Shown here piece by piece: positions 28,593-38,105 of a stretch of DNA of 64,000 nt. Position 1 is the stretch's first letter, and every line of letters begins with the position of its first letter. The notes under the pieces were generated by a model. It searched no databases. It saw only the letters and a program-made list of their open reading frames with translations, and was not told where the DNA came from. The position numbers and the translations under genes are program-made. Source of the stretch: Candidatus Bathyarchaeota archaeon (GTDB lineage Archaea; Thermoproteota; Bathyarchaeia; Bathyarchaeales; Bathycorpusculaceae); assembly GCA_963767735.1 (NCBI GenBank), contig CAVYES010000007.1, forward strand, positions 192,001 through 256,000, in the 5' to 3' direction.

Positions 28593-29105
28593 TTAGGTTT
28601 TAATTTTTGATTTGATTTTTGGAATAACCTCTTTTTGCGTTTGCACAACCCCGTAGGTTGTTATCCTAAACTTATCGTCCAAAGTCTTCTGTACCACTCC
28701 ATTTTTTGCAAGTTCGCCTAAGCGCGTGCTGGTTATTTTGCCGCTTTTTTCAAGCTTAACTTGCAGCTCATCTTTCGATTGTGAGTCGCTGTTGAGCATG
28801 CCTAGTTGGTGCCCAAGGTACTGGGCGGCCAGCCAAATCGATAAGGCTTCATTATCCGTTAACTTGTTCTTAGGAGTCAGCAGGCTTGCGCCGTCGCCTG
28901 AAAAAGCCACTATGCCGTTTAAGTCTTTGGCGAGCTGCTGAAGGTCAACGCTTAGCCAAAGTTTTTGTGCTATTTCGAATGAGGGAATAAAGTCTTTGAA
29001 AAACTGGTTTACCAAGAGCCATGCATCTTGCGGGTCAGCGGAAAACTGCTGCTCAATTCCTTTATATTTGATTTGAACTTGGATTTTTTCTGCTTTTTGG
29101 CTCAA
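28593..29105 (-). CDS. Hypothetical protein, wHTH-like C-terminus
   Basis: 170-aa ORF in an operon-like arrangement; paralogous to its neighbour. Confidence 0.75.
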   Translation of the reverse strand: MSQKAEKIQVQIKYKGIEQQFSADPQDAWLLVNQFFKDFIPSFEIAQKLWLSVDLQQLAKDLNGIVAFSGDGASLLTPKNKLTDNEALSIWLAAQYLGHQLGMLNSDSQSKDELQVKLEKSGKITSTRLGELAKNGVVQKTLDDKFRITTYGVVQTQKEVIPKIKSKIKT

Positions 29106-29587
29106 CTCATTTTGCCTCTAAGCTTCTTGAGAACTTCTTCTTCAACCCATTTCTCGCCTTGAATTGTGAGCTTAAAATCTGGCTTGTTCGGGTCAGGCTT
29201 GAACACTTGCCCCCGCTTAGTCATCTCATTGAGTCGTGCTGGCACCATGCTTTTTATTCCGCTGGACTCCAAAAGCTTAGTTATTTGCGCCGCCGTGTTT
29301 TTTCGGTCTTGAGACGCGTAAAGAACCAAGCCGACTGCTTCGTAGTGGGTGAGGCTTTCGCGGGTAACTATGACTGGGCCTTCGGTTGTAGGTTCAACTA
29401 TGCCTTTTAACTGTGCTCCCGACGGCGTTAGCTTGTTTGAAACGAAATCAGATAGTTTCTCAACAAAGTTTTCAGGGATAATTCCCAACATGTCAAGAAT
29501 TTCTTGAGGGTTCTCGCCTTCAATGACGACTTCTCCGAAAGGGGTTTTTATACGTACTTCAATGTGCTTCATTTTACGCTTCTCCAC
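29102..29587 (-). CDS. Hypothetical protein, wHTH-like C-terminus
   Basis: 161-aa ORF; ARLNEM..RG.V...FKLT..G; 4-nt overlap with the next gene. Confidence 0.75.
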   Translation of the reverse strand: MEKRKMKHIEVRIKTPFGEVVIEGENPQEILDMLGIIPENFVEKLSDFVSNKLTPSGAQLKGIVEPTTEGPVIVTRESLTHYEAVGLVLYASQDRKNTAAQITKLLESSGIKSMVPARLNEMTKRGQVFKPDPNKPDFKLTIQGEKWVEEEVLKKLRGKMS

Positions 29588-29661
29588 TTACCCATTGCTA
29601 TACACTATGTTAAGCCTTTTTAGGATTTGCGGCTCAGCGCTGACTTTTGCGAGTAAAACGG

Positions 29662-31559
29662 TTATTTAAGGCGGTCTCTCAACAGCTTGGCAACCAATTC
29701 AGGATTAGCTTTTCCGCGGACTTCTTTCATTACAGCGCCCATAAGCATTCCGTAAGCGTTCTTACCCAACTTATCAACTGACTGCTTGTTAGCTGCAACC
29801 GCGCGGTCAATAATCGGTGCCAGCTCAGCTTCAGTTAACATTTTCAAACCCAATGCGGCTACTGCATCCTGCACTGATTTGCCCTCGTTCTTTGAAAGCC
29901 AACCGAAAACGTCTGCGACCGCTTCCTTTGCAAGCATTCCTGAACCGACAACGCTAAAGATGCTTTTGATTTGGTCATCTCCGACTGTTTCGACTTGCAA
30001 GCCTTCACGTTTTAGAGACTTTAAAGTCTCAGTCAAAAACGCTGCCACGGTTGAAGCTTGAACGCCAGTTTCTTTTACGATTTCGCCGAAGAGCAGATCG
30101 TATTCTGAGTCGGCAATTTGCTTGGCTAACTTCTCGTTCAAGCCGTACTGTTTTATCAAGCGTACGAGTTTTTTTTCGGCGGGTTCAGGCAGGTTTTTAC
30201 GTACTTTCTCAACTAATTCGTCGGTTATTAGTGTTGGCGGGATATCGGTTTCAGGGTACATTCTTGCGGCGCCCGGTCTTGGACGCATGTATCTTGTGGT
30301 TCCATCATCCTTTGCAGTTCGAGTTTCAGCTGGCACACCATTCACTGCTTCCTGTGCACGTTCAACAACGGCTTTCAGAGCATCTCTAACGTTCTCTTCC
30401 GTGTCAGCTACAAAAACTACGCGCATCCTGTTCGGCAGCTGTAACCGCTTTTCTTACGGCTTCCGTTTCCTGCTCGGTGATACCGTAATTTGGCATCTCA
30501 TCGGTATGGAATATTCCTCCAACTCTTCCCCAAAACTTTGCGTAGTCAGAAAGCTCCGTTCCAACACGAAAGTTAGGCATAAGTTCACGCTTTAGCAGTC
30601 CTGCGAAGCCTGGAAGTTTAACTGCCATAACTCTCTGGTTGCTATCGACGGCTTTGCGAATGACCTTGCATTTTGTCCCCATGAAAATGCTTCCAACTTC
30701 AGCAAAATTCTGCGTAAGGTCGGTTGTTTTAACGCCTCGTCTTTGCAAGTTCCTCTTTTACGTTGATTAAGCCAAGTTGGCGTTGAACCTCATACTCTAC
30801 CACTTTGGAGATTAACTCAAGCTCTTGAACGCCTTTTATCTCGATTAAGGCGCCGTTTGGCAAGGAAACGTTCAAGTCCTGACGTATAGTACCAAGCCCA
30901 CGCATAACTTTGCCAGTGTCACGCAGAATCCTCCCGATAGCGAACGCAACTTCCTGCGCTTCCATCGGCGAGTAGATTACCGGTGCTGTAGCAACTTCAA
31001 TAAGTGGTATTCCTAATCGGTCAATGCGGTAACGGATGGTTTTGCCCTCGTCCTCGGTTCCCGTTTTGCGTGCCGCATCCTCTTCCAGACTTGCCGCTTG
31101 CATCGGAATGATTTTTTCTCCGACTTTGATCCAGCCGTCTAACGCGATGATGCAGGTACGCTGAAAACCACTTGTGTTTGAGCCGTCGATAACGGTTTTG
31201 CGCATAACATGAACTTCGTCAACCGGCTCCATATTCATCATCAAAGATGCAGTCAAAACCACCTCTACGGCATCCAAGTTTATGGGGTGCGGCGGCTCCT
31301 CATCCATCTCGACGAGGCACGCGCTTGTCTTGTTGGCTTCGTAGAGGATTTTTACGCCTTTTTGGAATTCAAAATAGGCGGCGGGGTCAACTTGGCCTAG
31401 TTCACTCTGTGTTGGTCGCAGCCGACGAAGGAAAGTGATTTCTGGTGCTTCCTTGAAGAGTTCAGGTGGGCAACTGCAGAAAAGTTTTGAGCCCGTATTT
31501 AGTTGCTGGTGGATTTCTAAACCTACTTTTAACCCGACTTTAGCGTAGTCAATTGCCAC
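29662..31559 (-). CDS. gatE: Glu-tRNA(Gln) amidotransferase subunit E, two apparent +1 frameshifts (near 30740 and 30421)
   Basis: GLKVGLEIHQQL, MRKTVIDGSNTSGFQRT, IRQDLNVS, RPRPGAARMYPETD spread over three consecutive ORFs. Confidence 0.93.
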
Positions 31560-32907
31560 TTTTTTCTCCTCCTTCAACTATGCAGTCCTGCGGAAGCGTC
31601 CTTGGCAAGAATTCTCCTGCGACGTTAGTTTTCAAAAGTACTGCTGCTTCTTGGGGATTGTCTGTTTGTCCGAGAACCCACATGAGTTTGACAAGGGCTG
31701 TTTCAGGGAACATGTCGTCCGTTGGGATTACACCGAATGACAGCAAGTCTCTGCCCGTATCGTATACGTTCATGTTTACTCTGCCCCAAATACACTGGGA
31801 AGCCAAAGCAACCACCACACCTTGTGCCACAGCATTTTTTATGGCGTCAAAGCAGTATTTGCTCACATGACCCAACCCTGAGCCTTCCAGCAAAATGCCC
31901 CTGATGCCTCGGCTGACATACCAATCGATGACTGCTGGGTCAAACCCCGGATAAAACTTAATTAACGCAACTTTATCGCTGAAATTGGGTTTCAAAACCA
32001 GCTTCCTTTGGCCGTCGCGACGGCGGTATTGGTCTGTTAGCATACTGACCTGTTGGTTTTTCACTTTGGCGATTGGTAAGCCATTTATTGATTTGAAAGT
32101 GTCTCGTCGGCTTGTGTGGCATTTGCGAACTTTTGTTCCTCTGTGAACTATGGTGGCAATGTCCGAGATGGTTTCATGCATGGCTAAACCTACCTCGGCG
32201 AATGGTCCTTCACCAGCGGCTTTTACTGCGCCGATAAGGTTTGTTGCTGCGTCGCTGCTTGGCCGGTCACTGGAACGTTGTGCGCCGACAATGATAACAG
32301 GGACAGGCAGGTTCTGCAGTGCGAAGCTCAATGCAGCTGAAGTGTAAGCCATCGTGTCTGTACCATGCGCTATCACCACACCGTCCACGCCTGCTGCTAT
32401 ACGTTTAGCCACGGTTTCGGCAAGTTCTTTCCAATGGTTCTGAGTGATATTTTCACTGTATAAGCTGAAAACTATTTCTGTGTCAACTTTAGCGATGTCT
32501 GAAAGTTCAGGTACAACACCGTATAAGTCGCTTGCAGAAATTGCTGAGCGAACAGCCCCTGTTCGATAGTCAACGCGGCTGGCTATTGTTCCGCCAGTGC
32601 TCATTATAATGATATGGGGCAAAGCCGGGTTCTGTTTTGGCAGTGGCGGCGAGGCGAAGGCGGGTTTTGAGCCTTTCCCGATTTTTTCAATTTTAACTTC
32701 GGATGTTACACGGATGCCGATGTTGTAGCCGCTTTTCATTTTGACGATAACGACTGTGCCTTCGCCAAGTTCAGAGCGAGGGATGAGTATGCCTTCGTAT
32801 ATTTTGCCTTTGCTGGTGACTCGTATGATGTCTCCAACGTCGCAGTCTGCCGTTTTTAGGGCTTGAAGTGCTGAGCCCTTATAACCTGAATTTTCAAGTT
32901 GACTCAT
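31549..32907 (-). CDS. gatD: Glu-tRNA(Gln) amidotransferase subunit D
   Basis: KMKSGYNIG, TGGTIASRVDY, HGTDT, SSDRPSSD, GSGLGH. Confidence 0.96.
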   Translation of the reverse strand: MSQLENSGYKGSALQALKTADCDVGDIIRVTSKGKIYEGILIPRSELGEGTVVIVKMKSGYNIGIRVTSEVKIEKIGKGSKPAFASPPLPKQNPALPHIIIMSTGGTIASRVDYRTGAVRSAISASDLYGVVPELSDIAKVDTEIVFSLYSENITQNHWKELAETVAKRIAAGVDGVVIAHGTDTMAYTSAALSFALQNLPVPVIIVGAQRSSDRPSSDAATNLIGAVKAAGEGPFAEVGLAMHETISDIATIVHRGTKVRKCHTSRRDTFKSINGLPIAKVKNQQVSMLTDQYRRRDGQRKLVLKPNFSDKVALIKFYPGFDPAVIDWYVSRGIRGILLEGSGLGHVSKYCFDAIKNAVAQGVVVALASQCIWGRVNMNVYDTGRDLLSFGVIPTDDMFPETALVKLMWVLGQTDNPQEAAVLLKTNVAGEFLPRTLPQDCIVEGGEKSGN

Positions 32908-34504
32908 GGGGATTCTCCAGTTTTTTGGATACGTAAACGCCATCGTGTTCGTACCCGAAACGCATGTAATACCTTCTTGTTCCTAATGCACTGATAACTA
33001 AAAGCTTTTTGACACCAAAATCCTCGCGGGCGATGCGTTCAGCTTCCTTAAGCAGGTCTGCGCCAAAACCCCTATGCTGCCACGCTTCCGCAGAGTGTTT
33101 ACCCACTGGCACGAGTGGACCGTAAACGTGAAGTTCCCTTACAATGGCAGATGCAGTAGCAATAATTTCTGGCCTGTGAGCTTTTGGAGATGGAACTCGC
33201 AGTCGCAAATAGCCAAGTAAGATGTCGTGTTCCTTTTCTTCGGCTGAAATGAAGACTTCTTTGCCTTGTGAAGCGTCGTAGCAAATGGATTGTATTGTGA
33301 CTTTTTCCATGTCGGGCTTCACATGGTCGACTTCCATTCTGTGCCCAACCTCTCGGCATCGAATACATTGGCATTTGCCGCCTTGCTCCTTGAGCTTTTC
33401 ATTTGCGAGTTGGCGTAGATTGCTCTTTTTCACGCCAGCCAAGATAAGCCCTGCAGGGATGTCCCTTTGGACACGCATGACTCTTATCCACGGCGGTATG
33501 AATTTTTTGATTTCAGCGATTAGTGCCGCTGCTTGTTCAGTTGTGTAAGGCACGTATGTACCCTTCAGGTACCACTCGTTAGCTTTTGTACCCGCTATGC
33601 ATAGGCACGGGTAAATTTTTATCATGTCCGGTTTGAAAGCTGAGTCTGTAAAAACCCGTTTGAATGCGGCTAGGTCTTTTTGCGGGTTAGAGCCTGGCAT
33701 TCCAGGCATTAAGTGGTAAACAATTTTGAGCCCTGAGTCTTTGGCGATTCGTGTTGCCTCTTGCACATCGGCCACGGTGTGTGTTCTGCCAACTAAACGG
33801 TAAATTTGGTCGTCCGGGTTTTGCACCCCGAGTTCAATGCGGGTAACTCCCATGTCAAGCATTGCATCTATGTGCGGTTGTTTTGCCCAGTCGGGACGCG
33901 TCTCGACGGTTATGCCTACGTTGCGGGTTTTGCTTGTTTCAGCGTTTGCTTTTGCCTCCTCCAAGTTTGCCGAGGTTTTGCCTGTTATGGCATCTAAGCA
34001 GCGTTGAATAAACCAGGTTTGATACTCTACTGGTGTAGCGGGGAAGGTTCCTCCCATGATTATTAGCTCGATTTTGTCAATTTTGTGTCCAATTGCTGAG
34101 AGTTGATCGATGCGGCTTCTGACCTGCATGTAGGGGTCGAAGCTGTTTTGGGTTCCGCGCATGGCTGCTGGTTCATATCCCGTGTAACTTTGCGGGCTTC
34201 CTTGTGCTGGTCCTCCAGGGCAGTAAGCGCACGGTTCAGGCTGTGGGCACGGATAAGGTTTAGTCATTGTGGCGACCACAGTTACACCCGAGATTGTGCG
34301 CGTGGTTTTTCTACGCAAAACAGGTAAAAGACGCTTCGTTTCCTTTGGAGTTAAAAGGCTAATTAAATCGGAGTTTGACGGAACTTCTTCCAATTGATAT
34401 TTGCCAGCGGTTTTTATTTTAAGACGGTTTACATCATCACAAGTTGGTTGAGGCATATCCATTAGCATGTTTATAATTTCTCGAAGGGCATTTTCGTTTT
34501 TCAA
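32894..34504 (-). CDS. elp3: tRNA uridine(34) acetyltransferase Elp3 (radical SAM plus KAT)
   Basis: RTISGV, CAYCPGG, ETRPD, KIYP, RELHVYG, QHRGFG. Confidence 0.95.
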   Translation of the reverse strand: MKNENALREIINMLMDMPQPTCDDVNRLKIKTAGKYQLEEVPSNSDLISLLTPKETKRLLPVLRRKTTRTISGVTVVATMTKPYPCPQPEPCAYCPGGPAQGSPQSYTGYEPAAMRGTQNSFDPYMQVRSRIDQLSAIGHKIDKIELIIMGGTFPATPVEYQTWFIQRCLDAITGKTSANLEEAKANAETSKTRNVGITVETRPDWAKQPHIDAMLDMGVTRIELGVQNPDDQIYRLVGRTHTVADVQEATRIAKDSGLKIVYHLMPGMPGSNPQKDLAAFKRVFTDSAFKPDMIKIYPCLCIAGTKANEWYLKGTYVPYTTEQAAALIAEIKKFIPPWIRVMRVQRDIPAGLILAGVKKSNLRQLANEKLKEQGGKCQCIRCREVGHRMEVDHVKPDMEKVTIQSICYDASQGKEVFISAEEKEHDILLGYLRLRVPSPKAHRPEIIATASAIVRELHVYGPLVPVGKHSAEAWQHRGFGADLLKEAERIAREDFGVKKLLVISALGTRRYYMRFGYEHDGVYVSKKLENPHEST

Positions 34505-34597
34505 GGTTTACCAAAATAAGGTTCAGTTAAGTAATAAATAAACTACACTAACGTGAAATGATGTTTAAGACTTGAAAAACAGTTTTGCTCCTTGCGC

Positions 34598-34759
34598 TTA
34601 CATCCAGTTTTGGCCTGCTTTCCTTTGCAGAATCACACGTTTTTCGTAGTTGCGTCTGCTTCGGTTTTTTGGGCTTGGCGCTGTTTTTGGCGTCGCCTGG
34701 ATTTTGGGCGTTTGAGAGCGAACTTTTCCAGCTTTCGATAAAGATCCGTGAGTTGGCAT
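34598..34759 (-). CDS. rps30e: 30S ribosomal protein S30e (53 aa, missed by the ORF track)
   Basis: Manual translation [20 protein letters not shown]...RRNYEKR matches the S30e signature. Confidence 0.93.
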   Translation of the reverse strand: MPTHGSLSKAGKVRSQTPKIQATPKTAPSPKNRSRRNYEKRVILQRKAGQNWM

Positions 34760-35211
34760 TTAATGCACCTTGCACATAAAGCATTAATGTCACACTTAAA
34801 CCTTACCAATTGGGATTAGCAGTTAACTCTTAGAAGATAAAGCGACCTCTTCTAGATTTCATTAAGGCTACCTTAGCGTTAGCGGTGCAATTTAGTTCCA
34901 TAATCGTCAGTTCTCCAGATACGGCTTAGTTAAGGATGCAAAAAAAATTGAAAACGTTCCATCAAAGAAACAAACAAAAAAATTTTAACCAATGCGCTCG
35001 TTCTAACTTATAGCACGGTCGTTCGAAAGCTTAGGCTTAAATCGATAGCTGCTATTTAGGGAGTTTAGTTAAGGCATTAAGCCTTAATGGAACATGAAAC
35101 GGCTGATATTTATGAGCGAAAAGAAGAAAAAAACCTTGCTTAACGCCAAGGTAAGATTTAAAGTGACCTTAATAGAAGCAAAGTCTGTTTTAAGCAACGG
35201 AGTCAATTTTT

Positions 35212-36354
35212 ATGCATTATTTTAGGATAAGCTTTAGCTCTTTAGCTTTGACAATCATTTTAGGTCTCAGCCTATTAAGCGTAACTTCATTGGCTTCTGC
35301 CAGCTTAGCCTCATATAACAACGTGCAAATAAACATCCAAACCTCAAACATACAAGCGGGCTACTTTACAGTCTCAGCGTTCAACATGACGGGTTTCCAG
35401 GAATCCTCAGTCCAAACTTATTATCCCGCAGCCTCCTTTGAACTTCCAAGCGGACAATACATTTTCACAGTCACCGCTAACAACCAAACCGACTCGAACG
35501 CTCCAGTTCCCGTACCACTCGGAGCCCTATCAAGCAGTAGTGGAAGCTCCTCAAGCACTCCAGCAGTGCCTATCCCTGAAGCTCCTTCAATCGAATACGG
35601 ATACTCAGTACAGCAAATCTCCAGCTCAACAAGCATTGCAATCACAACTCAAAACGTTTCTTCATTCCCAACAAATACCTTGACAATTCAAGTCCTCTAT
35701 GCCAACGGAACTGCAGCCGCAGATGCATCCGTTTCAGCCTCCACCATTGGATCCTTCTACTATTGGGGCTACGAATCCAACGTCATAACTTGGACCACAA
35801 CTGGACCTGACGGTTATGCAACCCTCGTCACACCTGTTGCTCCAGAGCAAATTGACGCGTGGAGCTGGCTACCCCTAAACCTTACCGGTATCATAGCGCC
35901 GCAAGTCATTGTCGCAGGCGAACCCATAAACGTGACTGGACCCATGGAGCCAGCCTACATCGGAGTTGCAGGCTCAACGATGATTGTTCCCCCACAAACA
36001 ACGTCAACAATCACGATGGTCACACAACAGCAAAACTACTGGGAAACTCCATACGCAGGCACCGCATCACCGGAAGCAAGTTCAGCATCAGGCGCTTCAA
36101 GCTCGGGTTCATCAGTTGGACCCAATGCAATCCCCGCTTCGGTGTATGCCCAGCAGCAAGGAAACCCGGCACTTCAGGTGACTCAAACGCCAACACCAAC
36201 TCCCCCAAGTATTTCCACAGCCAGTGGAAACATGCTATTCCTAACTTTAATCGCCATTATCGTGGCAGGAGTCGTAGTGGCAAGCGCAGTAATCGTCACA
36301 AGAACCAAAAGAAAACAGCAGCAGTCAAGCGCGTCGCGCGTGGAATTTCCTTAA
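35212..36354 (+). CDS. Secreted S/T/P-rich surface protein with C-terminal TM anchor
   Basis: Signal peptide, beta-rich S/T body, TPTPTP linker, TM followed by RTKRK. Confidence 0.8.
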   Translation: MHYFRISFSSLALTIILGLSLLSVTSLASASLASYNNVQINIQTSNIQAGYFTVSAFNMTGFQESSVQTYYPAASFELPSGQYIFTVTANNQTDSNAPVPVPLGALSSSSGSSSSTPAVPIPEAPSIEYGYSVQQISSSTSIAITTQNVSSFPTNTLTIQVLYANGTAAADASVSASTIGSFYYWGYESNVITWTTTGPDGYATLVTPVAPEQIDAWSWLPLNLTGIIAPQVIVAGEPINVTGPMEPAYIGVAGSTMIVPPQTTSTITMVTQQQNYWETPYAGTASPEASSASGASSSGSSVGPNAIPASVYAQQQGNPALQVTQTPTPTPPSISTASGNMLFLTLIAIIVAGVVVASAVIVTRTKRKQQQSSASRVEFP

Positions 36355-36745
36355 GCGCACAATTAAACGTTAAACTCTAAATTCAACCCCATAAGCATGT
36401 GGGCAAACAACAACGTTTAACCAAGACCCAACGCCTATTTTTATTGCCTCGCCAAAATTGAGCACCCATAACGACGGACTTAACAGAGGAACGCAAGAAA
36501 CACAAATCTTGCACCTATGACGAGTGAGTTCTACCCAATTATGGAACAGGTGAGGTGCGGGCCAAAAAAAGTCCCATGCCGAGAGAACTTAGCCAAGCAA
36601 AAAGCAACGCTCAGCGATGCGGTTAAGTGTTAGGTTACATGGGAGACAAACAGCCCGCAAAAAAGTGTTGCCTCAAGGTCATTTTTTAACTTAAGGTTTT
36701 TACAAAAAAAGGAGCTTCAGTTATTGTTTCAATCATTTGATTATT

Positions 36746-37891
36746 TTAGCTAGTCGATAAATGTTGTCCGTTGAATGTTATGGATTGGATTGTGTTTTCA
36801 TCTATCTGAACTACGCTGGATGGTAGAGGTACATATTCTAAGGTTGGTGAGAGTTTTTGTCCGTCATGTATGACCCACCAGAGGAACTGGACCTCAGCTG
36901 TAGCTTGAGCATGAGTCATTCCTGGCACTACATCTAGTTCCTTATACACCAGCAAATAAGTGAAACTGACTATAGGATACGCTTGTGGCTCTGGAGCATT
37001 AAGGAGGTTGACGTTTGCCCAGCTTTGATCGCCCGCTGGCAAACCACTGGAGGCAACTGATTGCACTGCATCCTGTATAGAACTGAGAGATGGCAAAATC
37101 CAGTTGCCCGAAGGATTCTGAACTGCCGCAACAGTCATGTTATTCTGCAGTGCGTAAGCAAGTTCAACATACCCGACCATATATGGGGTTCCCTGCACAA
37201 CCGATGCAACTCCTGGGTTCCCTTGTGCGCCGACTCCGATGGGCCAAGCTACTGTTTTGCCCTGTCCAATTGAACTGTTCCAAGCACTGCTTGAGGCGCT
37301 GAGGTATCCAGTGAAGATGAATGTTGTCCCTGATCCGTCAGACCTGTGTACTATCTGTATTGGTTGGGCCGGAAGCGTAGTGTTTTGGTTTAGGCTTTGT
37401 ATTTCGGGGTCATTCCACATGGTTACTATGCCTTGAAAGATGTCAGCTATGACTTTACCAGTAAGATGCAGCCCAGTTGGGATACCGGGCAGGTTGTATG
37501 CTATTGTGACTGCTCCGATAGTTTCTGGGATATGAAGTGCATTTGGGGCTTGTGCCATCTCTGCGGCGTTTAAGGGGGCATCTGACGCGGCGAAATCTAC
37601 CGTTTTACTTTCAAAATCGGTTACTCCTGCTCCGCTGCCTACGCCGTCGTAATTAATTTGAACCCCTGGCTGAACTTGCGCGGTGTACTGATTTATCATT
37701 GCAGTAAGTAGAGGCTGAGGAAACGTTGCTCCAGCAGCATCCAGGGTTATTGATTTCTGTGTTGTGGACTGCGAGTTTGAGTTGGATGCGGTCTGGCTTA
37801 AATATCCGCTCGCCATGACGCTGGCGATTACGATTACTATTGCGATGACGGCGATGATGATTGTGTATTTAGTTTTCATTTTATTTTGCAT
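36746..37891 (-). CDS. pstS: Phosphate ABC transporter substrate-binding protein
   Basis: GATFP.P, GSGAG, DFAASD, RSDGSGTT, GYVE, YPI. Confidence 0.95.
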   Translation of the reverse strand: MQNKMKTKYTIIIAVIAIVIVIASVMASGYLSQTASNSNSQSTTQKSITLDAAGATFPQPLLTAMINQYTAQVQPGVQINYDGVGSGAGVTDFESKTVDFAASDAPLNAAEMAQAPNALHIPETIGAVTIAYNLPGIPTGLHLTGKVIADIFQGIVTMWNDPEIQSLNQNTTLPAQPIQIVHRSDGSGTTFIFTGYLSASSSAWNSSIGQGKTVAWPIGVGAQGNPGVASVVQGTPYMVGYVELAYALQNNMTVAAVQNPSGNWILPSLSSIQDAVQSVASSGLPAGDQSWANVNLLNAPEPQAYPIVSFTYLLVYKELDVVPGMTHAQATAEVQFLWWVIHDGQKLSPTLEYVPLPSSVVQIDENTIQSITFNGQHLSTS

Positions 37892-38105
37892 CCTATCATG
37901 AAACTTAATACTGAAGACATATTATACCGCTTGTATAAGTAACTTATCTATATAGACTAAATTAACTTAGTGTATTCTAAGTCCAACCCAAAAATATGAA
38001 TCAAAAATTTGGTTCATGGAAGCATAAACAGTTAATATCCATATTTGCTAATCAATTTTGAATCATTTACAGTTATCCTCAAATACACGTCCATAGGAAT
38101 CGGAA

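Noticed and set aside
29662-31577. Programmed frameshifting or a split gatE
   Set aside because: No shared slippery motif among the shifts; the same error pattern occurs in unrelated genes
34548-34793. 81-aa and 64-aa ORFs
   Set aside because: Alternative frames of rps30e
36400-36700. Short ORFs between the surface-protein gene and pstS
   Set aside because: Under 40 aa with no convincing SD, promoter or homology
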